A DNA stretch of 64,000 nt from positions 345,154-409,153 of the forward strand of contig JACPES010000003.1 in assembly GCA_016183365.1 (NCBI GenBank), read 5' to 3'. Made by a program: the position numbers and the translations under genes. This stretch comes from Candidatus Collierbacteria bacterium (GTDB lineage: Bacteria; Patescibacteriota; Microgenomatia; UBA1400; JACPES01). Every line of letters begins with the position of its first letter. Position 1 is the first letter of the stretch. The notes under the pieces were generated by a model, which worked only from the letters and a program-made list of their open reading frames with translations, was not told where the DNA came from and ran no database searches. Positions 8,951-17,471 of this stretch are shown here, piece by piece.

Positions 8951-10026
8951 AAATTGTACTGTTCACCGAATTTTTTCCCCGCAACGATAAGTATTTCACC
9001 GGAGGAGTGGAAGTTAGGGTAAGGCGTTTATATGAATATTTAAAAAAAACAAAACACGATGTGGCTGTCGTCAGCCGCTCCGAAGGCTATTCATTTAATT
9101 CGCCGTTGACAGCGATACAAAGAATATTTTTCTTTTTTCGTTGGATCGCGAAAATTATTTTTACCCGGCTTCCGACGGTTGATGTGGTAGAAGGAACAAA
9201 TTTCACCACTTATATATTGGCTTTTATTTATGCCAAAAAAATCAAAGCTAAAGCGATAGCTTGGTATCCTGACGTTTTTTTGGGGAAGGCGATAGAAAGA
9301 TTAGGATTTATAAATGGTTTATTGACTGAAATTTCCGAGAGAATTTCCGTCAGGCTTCCCTGGGATAAAATTATTGCCTTATCAGAAGAAACCAAAAAAA
9401 AATTAATTGAAGCAGGGGTTGACAGGAGAAAGATCGAAGTAATCTATGGCGGCGTTGATTATAACAGTTATAACGCTTATAGCCGTTATTCTAAATTTAA
9501 AACACCAACCATCATTTGTATCTCAAGGTTGGTAAAGTATAAAAGAATACAGGATTTAATTTTGGCGGTTTATTTGTTAAAAGATACGATTCCAAATACT
9601 AGGTTGATAGTGGTGGGGGAAGGGCCTGAAAAAGACAAGTTAAAAGTTAAAAGTGAAAAGTTAAAAGTTAAGGCTGAATTTTTCGGCCGAGTTTCAGAAG
9701 AAAAGAAATGGGAATTATTATCCAAGTCTCATATCCACGTTCTGCCTTCGGCTATAGAAGGGTTTGGTTTGGTGACTATTGAGGCGTTGTCGGTCGGGAC
9801 GCCGGTAGTTAATGCCGATATACCTATCAATAAGGAAGTTTTAAACGGAAGTAAAGGAGGCTTGCTTTATGAACTTGGTGATTACGTCGATTTATCAGAG
9901 AAACTTGAAGAATTGCTAACTGATCAGAAGCTTTATGACCGAAAAGCGGAAGAAGGGCTTGAACTGGTTAAAAAATATGATTGGGACAAAGTAAATAAAA
10001 AATATGAACATTTGCTTTTTAATTGA
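8947..10026 (+). CDS. GT4 glycosyltransferase
   Basis: GGVE, ISRLVKYK, EGFGLVTIEA. Confidence 0.9.
   Translation: MKIVLFTEFFPRNDKYFTGGVEVRVRRLYEYLKKTKHDVAVVSRSEGYSFNSPLTAIQRIFFFFRWIAKIIFTRLPTVDVVEGTNFTTYILAFIYAKKIKAKAIAWYPDVFLGKAIERLGFINGLLTEISERISVRLPWDKIIALSEETKKKLIEAGVDRRKIEVIYGGVDYNSYNAYSRYSKFKTPTIICISRLVKYKRIQDLILAVYLLKDTIPNTRLIVVGEGPEKDKLKVKSEKLKVKAEFFGRVSEEKKWELLSKSHIHVLPSAIEGFGLVTIEALSVGTPVVNADIPINKEVLNGSKGGLLYELGDYVDLSEKLEELLTDQKLYDRKAEEGLELVKKYDWDKVNKKYEHLLFN
9459..9494 (+). repeat. 9-mer array in GT4 linker
   Basis: ttataacag ttataacgc ttatagccg ttattctaa; reads YNSYNAYSRYSK. Confidence 0.65.
9637..9671 (+). repeat. 7-mer array (aagttaa-type x5), in frame
   Basis: aagttaa aagttaa aagtgaa aagttaa aagttaa; reads KLKVKSEKLKVK. 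Confidence 0.85.
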
Positions 10027-10966
10027 CGTTTCACCGGATAAATTTAAGGGAGGCGGGCAGGCGCATCTCGTCGCTCTAGAGCGCGAGATGCGAATTAAGA
10101 ATTCAGAATTCATAATTCAGAATTTTAGTGGTTCAAGTCCAAATGTTTTCCTGCGTTTAGCGTGGATGCTTTGCGTAATCCCCCAAGTAATTTTTCACCA
10201 TTTCTTCAAACAAAAATTTGATTTAATTCACGCTCATTCAATTCCGGTTATGGTGTCGGGGAAAATACTGTCGTTGATATTAGGAATCCCGGTAGTAGTG
10301 ACTGTGCATGGTTATAACGAAAGTCGTTGGATGGAGAAATTAGTTTTAACTAAAATAAAATATGATGCTCAAATCACGGTAGCGAGGAATTTTTTGTCAG
10401 TTCCCAATGCCAATAAAAATGTGATTTATATTCCAAATGGGGTTGACGTATCGCGTTTTCAATGCGATAAATTCAGAATTCAGAATTCAGAATTCAGAAT
10501 TGTTTTGTTCGTCGGTCGTAAAAATGATCAGGCTAAAGGGTTTGTAATTTTGGAGAAAGCTTTAGAATTAGTTAAAAAGGAGATTCCTCAAATAAAACTA
10601 CTGGTTGCCGGCGGTGATTTATCACAGGAGGACGTATTACAGATGTATCAAAAAACCGATCTTTTTGTTTTGCCTTCCCTATCAGAGGGTTTCCCTTTAA
10701 CTTTGCTCGAATCCTGGGCGGCGAAACTCCCGGTAGTGGCTACCAGAGTCGGAGAATTGCCGTATCTAATTAGGGACGGAATCAATGGTTATCTGGTTGA
10801 GCCGGGATCGACACAAAAATTGGCTTTGGCCATCGTCAGGGCTTTAAAAAACCGGAATCTTGCCAAACTGGGAGAAAATGGGTACAATGTGGCGAAGCAT
10901 TACAAATGGAGCAAAGTCGCCGGATCAACTTTGAAAGTTTATGAATCAGTTGTATTGTCAGAGTAA
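10004..10966 (+). CDS. GT4 glycosyltransferase
   Basis: GGGQ, IPNGVD, LFVGRK, SEGFPLTLLE. Confidence 0.9.
   Translation: MNICFLIDVSPDKFKGGGQAHLVALEREMRIKNSEFIIQNFSGSSPNVFLRLAWMLCVIPQVIFHHFFKQKFDLIHAHSIPVMVSGKILSLILGIPVVVTVHGYNESRWMEKLVLTKIKYDAQITVARNFLSVPNANKNVIYIPNGVDVSRFQCDKFRIQNSEFRIVLFVGRKNDQAKGFVILEKALELVKKEIPQIKLLVAGGDLSQEDVLQMYQKTDLFVLPSLSEGFPLTLLESWAAKLPVVATRVGELPYLIRDGINGYLVEPGSTQKLALAIVRALKNRNLAKLGENGYNVAKHYKWSKVAGSTLKVYESVVLSE
10093..10124 (+). repeat. 7-mer array (aattcag-type), in frame
   Basis: aattaag aattcag aattcat aattcag aatt. Confidence 0.75.
10470..10501 (+). repeat. 7-mer array (aattcag x4) in GT4 linker
   Basis: Perfect aattcag x4 plus aatt; reads FRIQNSEFRI. Confidence 0.9.
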
Positions 10967-11046
10967 TTGTTATATTGTTAAATTGCTGAATTGTTCATAG
11001 ATGAAAAAACAATTTAACAATCTAACAATCTAGCAATATATCAATG
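10966..11046. repeat. Inverted pair of 8-mer arrays filling the intergenic gap
   Basis: attgttat attgttaa attgctga attgttca / aaacaatt taacaatc taacaatc tagcaata tatcaATG. Confidence 0.8.
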
Positions 11047-11211
11047 TCAATTCCCAAAGATCTTTTAGAAATTTTGGCTTGCCCAGATGATAAATTTCCG
11101 GTCAAAGAAGTCAACTTGAAGGGAAAATATTGGCTCAAATGTTCCAAGTGCAAGCGGGTCTTCGAAGTTCGCGACGGTATCCCGATTATGTTGCCTAAAG
11201 ACGAGAAGTGA
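11044..11211 (+). CDS. Trm112-family protein (55 aa; missing from ORF track)
   Basis: Translated by hand: MSIPKDLLEILACPDDKFPV..LKCSKCKRVFEVRDGIPIML; GTGA overlap with next gene. Confidence 0.9.
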   Translation: MSIPKDLLEILACPDDKFPVKEVNLKGKYWLKCSKCKRVFEVRDGIPIMLPKDEK

Positions 11212-12509
11212 ATAAGCCGTTAGTTTTAGGAATAATTGTTTTAGCCGCAGTTTTACTTTCAATCAATCTCAATAAACCATTCATCGGCCAGCACGATTGG
11301 AATGGAGTGGTTTACGGCCAGCAGGCAAAAAATTTCTTCAGGTTTGGGTATCTCCCGTTAAAATTCGGAGCGACCATGGCAACGGCTGATATCCCGTCGG
11401 ATGACCGAAAATATTTAACCCACTACACTCCGGTGTTGCCGGTATTAATCAGTTTTTCCTACAGATTATTCGGAGTGTCTGAATGGAGTACAAGATTGAT
11501 CCCGATAGTAGCGTCATTAGTGTCGGTACTATTGGTGATGATGTTGGGAAAAGAATTGATTTCATCCGGAGCAGGAACTTTAGCCGGTATTTTAATGATA
11601 ATGACGCCGATGTTTATTTATTACGGGAAAAATCCGGTACATGAAGTGGTATTGTTGCCGTTTGCGCTTTTGGGATTTTATTCATATTTGCGTTGGCGCC
11701 GGAGTCGGGAAAAGAAATGGTGGAAAATTTTACTATTGGCGTCAACTGCGGCAATGCTGATCGGTTGGTCCGGATATTATGCAATGGGTTTGATATTTAT
11801 TCATGGCATTTTGTTTCAGCCAAAAGAGAAGATGAAATTTCTCCAATTACCGTTGATTGCCGTAGCCCTGTTAGCCCTTTTTTTGTTTCACGCCTCAATT
11901 TTAAGTTCGCAAGCTGCCGGTGAGCTTCGAAACATTTTTTTCGCCAGATTAGGAGGAGCATCAATTGGTTTGATTGATTTTTTGATTAAAGAACTGCGTT
12001 ATTCCATAAATTTGTTTACGGCATCTCTATTGTTGCTATCCATGATCTGGATATTTTCTGTCATTCCTGGCCCTTCGGCGGTGAGCTCAGGATGGTCGAA
12101 CAGCTTGACCAGGAATCTATACAAAGGGAACACGATTCTTTTATTTTTCCTTGGAATATTTGGCCTAGCCCATATTATGATTTTCCGTCAGGCGGCTTGG
12201 TATCACGAATATTTGCTGTTCCCTCTTTTACCTTTTATCGCAATTGCTTCAGCGGAAGTTATTCAGCGGGGGATTAATCAATTGCGTTCCGGAATGGCGC
12301 AGCTAATCGGGGTAACCGTAATTATATTATTTGTCGCCGGCGAGCGGTTACCCTACGCGAAAGCCTTGCTTAAGAGCGAGTATGTCAGAGATGTTTATGA
12401 AGAGGCGGTTGAGTACGGGAAAGTAGTTAAAGTTAATCCGGATGTGATTGTTCCTATAGAACGGGATGTTTACTTTATATTTTATGCCGATACAGTGAGA
12501 AAGAAATGA
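11208..12509 (+). CDS. GT-C (ArnT/GT39-like) membrane glycosyltransferase
   Basis: YLTHYTP, LFGVSEWSTRL, TPMFIYYG; multi-TM. Confidence 0.8.
   Translation: MNKPLVLGIIVLAAVLLSINLNKPFIGQHDWNGVVYGQQAKNFFRFGYLPLKFGATMATADIPSDDRKYLTHYTPVLPVLISFSYRLFGVSEWSTRLIPIVASLVSVLLVMMLGKELISSGAGTLAGILMIMTPMFIYYGKNPVHEVVLLPFALLGFYSYLRWRRSREKKWWKILLLASTAAMLIGWSGYYAMGLIFIHGILFQPKEKMKFLQLPLIAVALLALFLFHASILSSQAAGELRNIFFARLGGASIGLIDFLIKELRYSINLFTASLLLLSMIWIFSVIPGPSAVSSGWSNSLTRNLYKGNTILLFFLGIFGLAHIMIFRQAAWYHEYLLFPLLPFIAIASAEVIQRGINQLRSGMAQLIGVTVIILFVAGERLPYAKALLKSEYVRDVYEEAVEYGKVVKVNPDVIVPIERDVYFIFYADTVRKK
12059..12120 (+). repeat. 62-bp composite palindromic element, copy 1 (in frame)
   Basis: Exact reverse complement of 20171-20232. 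Confidence 0.95.
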
Positions 12510-13612
12510 ATTTACCGATCTTTGCCATCATGGTTTTGGCAGTATTTTTCCGCCTTTGGAAGGTTAGCGAGTTAATGGTGTTTTCCGGAGAAACTAATAA
12601 TCTGTTTTATTATTTAACTTCTTATTTAGCAGGTGAGAAACCGTGGCTTTTGGGACTGGAGGCGGCGCAATATGTCCATCATTTGTTCCATTTGCCGTGG
12701 TATTTATGGATGATGATTCCGGTTTATTTTGCCGGAGGCGGAAATCCGCTGGTTTTTGCGGTTTTTCAGGCGAGTATCGGGGCGCTTGGGTCTTATTTAA
12801 TGTGGAGAATCGGCTTGATGATCGGATCAAGGAGAGTTGGCTTGATCGCGGCTTTCGGATATGCGGCGTCGTTTCATTTTTCAACAGTTGAGAGATTTGT
12901 GTCGCCGGTCAGCCTGGTGCCCTTCGGAGCGATAGGGGTTATTTATTTAGGACTAAGGGCGAAGCGGAAACAGAAACGGTTAAGTTATTTGCTGCTGGGA
13001 TTGTGGGCGGGAATTTCGGTATCGTTTCACTATGCTTTCCTTTTGGGAGCGGTTTTTGTTTTGGCGTGGGTATTTTGGAGGCAAAGAAAGTTTTTTTGGC
13101 CAAGTCTTATCGGAGTAACTTTGGCGTTTTTGCCGCTTTTGATATTTGATTTTAGGAACGGATTTTTTAATCTGACGGGACTGTGGTACGTCGGAAAATC
13201 ATTATTTGACAGCACTCGGCCATATGGTTCGTCCCATTTTATTTATCAATTGTATCCATTGTTGACATTGGCCGCGGCTGGATTGGTTTCATATTTTCCA
13301 AGAAAAGTAATATATGTTCTGGCGGTTGTTTTTTTTGCAACCCAGTTAGTTATGTTGAGAAATTACGAAATTCACCCAAATTTTGGCGATAGGCGAAAAA
13401 CTGTCGATCAAATACTTAACAGTTGGGATAGTAAAGCGAGTGTTTATTTCAAAAACGAATCTTCTTTTGATTATGTTTATTTGTTGCGATGGGAAGCAAA
13501 ACAGCGTGGTTTAGACCCGCGAAATATTGTGATTTACGAGCCGTGGCAACCGGAAAACAATGCTAGGATTGTGGTCGAAGGAAATGGAACGTTGGTATAC
13601 TCAAGGGAATGA
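12506..13612 (+). CDS. GT-C (GT39-like) membrane protein
   Basis: AVFFRLW, GGGNP, PLLIFDFRNGFFN; multi-TM. Confidence 0.7.
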   Translation: MNLPIFAIMVLAVFFRLWKVSELMVFSGETNNLFYYLTSYLAGEKPWLLGLEAAQYVHHLFHLPWYLWMMIPVYFAGGGNPLVFAVFQASIGALGSYLMWRIGLMIGSRRVGLIAAFGYAASFHFSTVERFVSPVSLVPFGAIGVIYLGLRAKRKQKRLSYLLLGLWAGISVSFHYAFLLGAVFVLAWVFWRQRKFFWPSLIGVTLAFLPLLIFDFRNGFFNLTGLWYVGKSLFDSTRPYGSSHFIYQLYPLLTLAAAGLVSYFPRKVIYVLAVVFFATQLVMLRNYEIHPNFGDRRKTVDQILNSWDSKASVYFKNESSFDYVYLLRWEAKQRGLDPRNIVIYEPWQPENNARIVVEGNGTLVYSRE

Positions 13613-14733
13613 AAAGAGTTGTGGTTTGTTGCTATGGGACTAGGCCGGAGTTTATCAAAATGGCGCCGGTGGTTTTGGAATTGAATAAGAGGAAAACAGT
13701 TACTCCTGTTTTAATTTGTTCCGGACAGCATGAAGAATTACTGTCAGGACTGGATAAAATATTTGATTTGACTGTCCAAATTAACCTTAATGTTAGAAAG
13801 AAAATTGGTTCTACAACGAACCTTTCACTCTTAACTGAGGGAGTCCATGCCGGCTTCGCGGAGGTTTTGGGGAGAATTAAACCGGACGCAGTTTTAGTCC
13901 AAGGTGATGCGGCGTCTACTTTCCTGGCGGCGTTGGCAGCTTTTCATCAACATATTCCTATCTTTTACATGGAAGCAGGCTTAAGAACTCATGATCTAGA
14001 TCAACCATTTCCCGAAGAAGCGTATCGCCAGATGACAACCAGGATTTCCAAGATATTATTTGCTCCAACAAAAATAAACAAACATAATTTGACAAATGAA
14101 GGAATTGCTTCCAATAGAATTTATGTCGTGGGGAATTCTATTGTTGATTCTGTCGATTACATTAAAAGCCAATTCCGGAAGATAGGAATTAAAAAATTAC
14201 GCCGGCAATATTATCCATGGCTACCTAATGACAGCAAGGAGAAACTGATTGTCGTGACAATCCATAGGAGGGAAAATCAAGGAGTGGTTTTAGATGGAAT
14301 TCTTAGAGCTTTGATAAAAATCAGACGTGATAACCCGAGCAATTTATTTGTTTTTTCTGTTCACCCTAATCCGGAGGTGAGGTTGTCGGTATACGATAAG
14401 TTGAAAAATGTTTCCGGTTTTACTCTGATTAATCCGCCGCTTTATCAAAAATTTTTGGTGCTACTTAGTTGTGCCCAGGCTGTGATAACAGATTCAGGCG
14501 GTTTACAAGAAGAAGCGCCGTCATTTGAAATACCGACTATTGTAGTCAGGAAAAAGACCGAAAGAGTGGAAGGTGTCCGATCAGGTTGGTCAATCTTAGC
14601 TGGGGTATCAGAACCAGGAATTATTCGGGCATTTAATTCATTAAACAAATGGCGAAAACCCAAAGGAGGAAATCCATACGGGGATGGAAAAGCGTCGATG
14701 AGAATCGCTAAAATGATCTATGAAAAAATTTAG
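13609..14733 (+). CDS. wecB: UDP-N-acetylglucosamine 2-epimerase (non-hydrolysing)
   Basis: GTRPEFIKMAP, SGQH, EAGLRT, PFPEE, HRREN, TDSGGLQEEA, NPYGDGKAS. Confidence 0.95.
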   Translation: MKRVVVCCYGTRPEFIKMAPVVLELNKRKTVTPVLICSGQHEELLSGLDKIFDLTVQINLNVRKKIGSTTNLSLLTEGVHAGFAEVLGRIKPDAVLVQGDAASTFLAALAAFHQHIPIFYMEAGLRTHDLDQPFPEEAYRQMTTRISKILFAPTKINKHNLTNEGIASNRIYVVGNSIVDSVDYIKSQFRKIGIKKLRRQYYPWLPNDSKEKLIVVTIHRRENQGVVLDGILRALIKIRRDNPSNLFVFSVHPNPEVRLSVYDKLKNVSGFTLINPPLYQKFLVLLSCAQAVITDSGGLQEEAPSFEIPTIVVRKKTERVEGVRSGWSILAGVSEPGIIRAFNSLNKWRKPKGGNPYGDGKASMRIAKMIYEKI

Positions 14734-15367
14734 TCGAGAATATTTTTTAAGGCATTATCAGTCCGCCGAAGATAAAAATCCGCCCGAGAAGATAAAGACG
14801 TATTTGTCTTTGATACGAGGTCACGTTTCGGAAAGTCATAAAAGCAAGAGGAGGCTTTTGGATATTGGCTGTGGGTACGGAAGATTTTTGAAAGCTGCCG
14901 AGGCGGATTTTGAAACTTATGGAATTGACCCGAGCGCGTTTGCGATTACCGAAGCTAAAAAATATGCCGAAATTACTAAGTTTGAGGTAGCCGCAATTTC
15001 ATCATATAAACCGAAGAAGTTTTTCGATGTAATTACTGCGTTTGATATTTTAGAACACACAAATAATTTATCCGATTCTTTACAAAAAATAAAAAGATGG
15101 CTGAAACCCGGAGGATTGTTAATGGTTGTAGTTCCGGTTTATGACGGAATTTTTGGAACAATAGGAGGGTGGTTAGATAAAGACGTGACCCATGTCCAAA
15201 AACTTAGCCGTTGGATTTGGTTAAAATTGTTTGAGAGCAATTTTAAGGTTTTAGATAAACAAGGGATAATTCGTTATTCATTAACCGAAAAGATTTATTT
15301 GCACTTCATGTTTCCCTGGCTGTTCCGATGGGGTCAGGCAATATTGGTAAAGATGAAAAAAATATGA
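14720..15367 (+). CDS. Class I SAM-dependent methyltransferase
   Basis: LLDIGCGYG, FDILEH, LKPGG. Confidence 0.9.
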   Translation: MKKFSREYFLRHYQSAEDKNPPEKIKTYLSLIRGHVSESHKSKRRLLDIGCGYGRFLKAAEADFETYGIDPSAFAITEAKKYAEITKFEVAAISSYKPKKFFDVITAFDILEHTNNLSDSLQKIKRWLKPGGLLMVVVPVYDGIFGTIGGWLDKDVTHVQKLSRWIWLKLFESNFKVLDKQGIIRYSLTEKIYLHFMFPWLFRWGQAILVKMKKI

Positions 15368-16092
15368 TTCATATAGTTTTGCCCGCCTTTAACGAAGCCG
15401 AATCTTTAAAAGTATTATTACCGGAACTGATAAGGACTTTGAAGGCTGAACGCTTACAGTATAAAATCTATGTTATAGATGACGGAAGTCTGGACGGAAC
15501 TTCTAAAATTGTTAAAGATTTTTCCCGCCGTTTCCCACAGATTAAATTGATAGCTCATAAAATCAACAAGGGTTTGGCCGAAACTATTAATACCGGTTTT
15601 AAAGAAGCTTTAAGAAAAAGCAAAAATGGGGATATATTGATTACCATGGATGCTGATAATACCCATTTACCAGGTTTAATAGTCAGGATGGCGAGGTTGA
15701 TAAATGAGGGAAATGACATTGTGATATCTTCACGATTCGTTTCAGGTTCTCGGGTGAGAGGCGTTCCGATCAGCCGCCGTTTATTGAGCTTGGCGGCCGG
15801 AATGATTTTCAAAATTCTTTTTCCCATATCCGGAGTTAAAGATTATACCTGCGGATTCCGGGCTTACCGGGTTGATCTTATTAAAAAAGGGATGGGAATT
15901 TATAAAGATAAATTTATCAGTGAAAAAGGATTTTCCTGTATGGTGGATATATTGTTAAAATTAAGGCGCTTGGATCCGATTTGCGCCGAAGTTCCGATGA
16001 TTTTAAGATATGACCTTAAAAAAGGTAAAAGCAAAATGGATGTTGGCAAGACAATAACGGAGACATTAAAACTTATACTCAAGCGATTATGA
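15364..16092 (+). CDS. GT2 dolichol/polyprenol-phosphate glycosyltransferase
   Basis: LPAFNEA, IDDGSLD, TMDADNTH, DYTCGFRAY; ATGA start at 15364. Confidence 0.92.
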   Translation: MIHIVLPAFNEAESLKVLLPELIRTLKAERLQYKIYVIDDGSLDGTSKIVKDFSRRFPQIKLIAHKINKGLAETINTGFKEALRKSKNGDILITMDADNTHLPGLIVRMARLINEGNDIVISSRFVSGSRVRGVPISRRLLSLAAGMIFKILFPISGVKDYTCGFRAYRVDLIKKGMGIYKDKFISEKGFSCMVDILLKLRRLDPICAEVPMILRYDLKKGKSKMDVGKTITETLKLILKRL

Positions 16093-17471
16093 AGTCTTTT
16101 TATATTTGGTTTTTATTAATAGCAGGGTTTTTATTTTCAAGGTTTTACAACTTGGGTAATTTGCCCTTATTTTCAGACGAAGGGTACGCGGTGGCAAGGG
16201 CTTGGGAATTAAAAAATACCGGAGAGTTACTGGGAATGGTGAAATATACCACCCAGCCGGTTTTTATTTGGATAGTGGCTTTATTTCAACTGTTGCCTTT
16301 CAGCGCGGTAATTGATGGCAGATTGGTGTCGGGTATTGCCGGATTGGGAACGGCTTTAATATTGGCGAAACTGGCGGAAAAATGGATTGATTCTAACGCT
16401 GAAATACCGGCATTTATTCTAATGACAATTTTGCCGTTTTCGGTTTTTTACGACCGGACGATTTTATTTGAATCAGCCACTTTATTTTTTATGGTTTTAG
16501 GGTTGGTTTTTCCGGCGGCTACAGGATTGGCGGTTTTAATCAAGCAAACAGGATGGTTGATATTACCGGCAGTTTTAACGCTTGGCAGAGGAAGCTTAAA
16601 GGGGAGAGCAATAAAAGTTTTAATCAGTATTTTGATGGTATTAGTTGTTTGGTATTTGGCAGTTGGAAGCTATAACTTAGTTACTGAGACAATATTTGGG
16701 AAAACAGCCGCTCCGATTTCGGTCCATGCCAATTTTAAAAATAATCTATTGCGCTCAATGCTTTGGCTGATTGATTATTTAACCTGGCCGGTGATTTGGT
16801 TGTCGGCTTTGGGGGGATTTGCGGCGGTTTTTGAGGCAATTAGACAAAAAAAGATTACTCCAATTTTGATAGTAGCCGGGTGGGCTTTGGGAATATTTTT
16901 ATTTATCAATAAAACCGCGGTAATTTTTTATCCCCGCTATCTCTATTCATCATTATTGGGGATTGTCCTATTGGCGGTAAATGGTTGGGAAAAAATACAA
17001 AACCGTGGATTCAATAAGATTGCCTTATCGGGATTGTCTGTTTTAATAATGCTTCCGGGTTTTATTTCAAGCTGGAAAATTATAGTAACTCCTGAAAAGG
17101 CAGATATACCCCGGGAGGACAGATTTCAATTTTTTGAAGACTGGACTAGCGGAGTGGGGAGCAAGGATCTTAGCGACGAAATTTTAAAAAAAGCAGAAAT
17201 TAATAAAGTTAATGTTTATCTGGAGGAGGAAAATTCATATTTTATTACCTTAAAAAATGATCCAAGATTAAAGAAAGTTAACGTAAAAACAGCGCAATGG
17301 TTGGTTGATCCGTTAACAGAAATTCCGAGAGAAGTATTGGCAGATGGTAAAACAGCAATGTTTGTCCGCAACCGCCACCCGGATATTCCGGCCGATTGGC
17401 CGGTGGAATTGGTCTGGTCGTTTCCTAAAACTAACAAGAGATCGGTATATTTATATAAAATTATCAGATGA
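16089..17471 (+). CDS. GT-C (GT39-like) membrane glycosyltransferase
   Basis: LPLFSDEGY, QPVFIW, PFSVFYDR, FYPRY; multi-TM. Confidence 0.8.
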   Translation: MKSFYIWFLLIAGFLFSRFYNLGNLPLFSDEGYAVARAWELKNTGELLGMVKYTTQPVFIWIVALFQLLPFSAVIDGRLVSGIAGLGTALILAKLAEKWIDSNAEIPAFILMTILPFSVFYDRTILFESATLFFMVLGLVFPAATGLAVLIKQTGWLILPAVLTLGRGSLKGRAIKVLISILMVLVVWYLAVGSYNLVTETIFGKTAAPISVHANFKNNLLRSMLWLIDYLTWPVIWLSALGGFAAVFEAIRQKKITPILIVAGWALGIFLFINKTAVIFYPRYLYSSLLGIVLLAVNGWEKIQNRGFNKIALSGLSVLIMLPGFISSWKIIVTPEKADIPREDRFQFFEDWTSGVGSKDLSDEILKKAEINKVNVYLEEENSYFITLKNDPRLKKVNVKTAQWLVDPLTEIPREVLADGKTAMFVRNRHPDIPADWPVELVWSFPKTNKRSVYLYKIIR

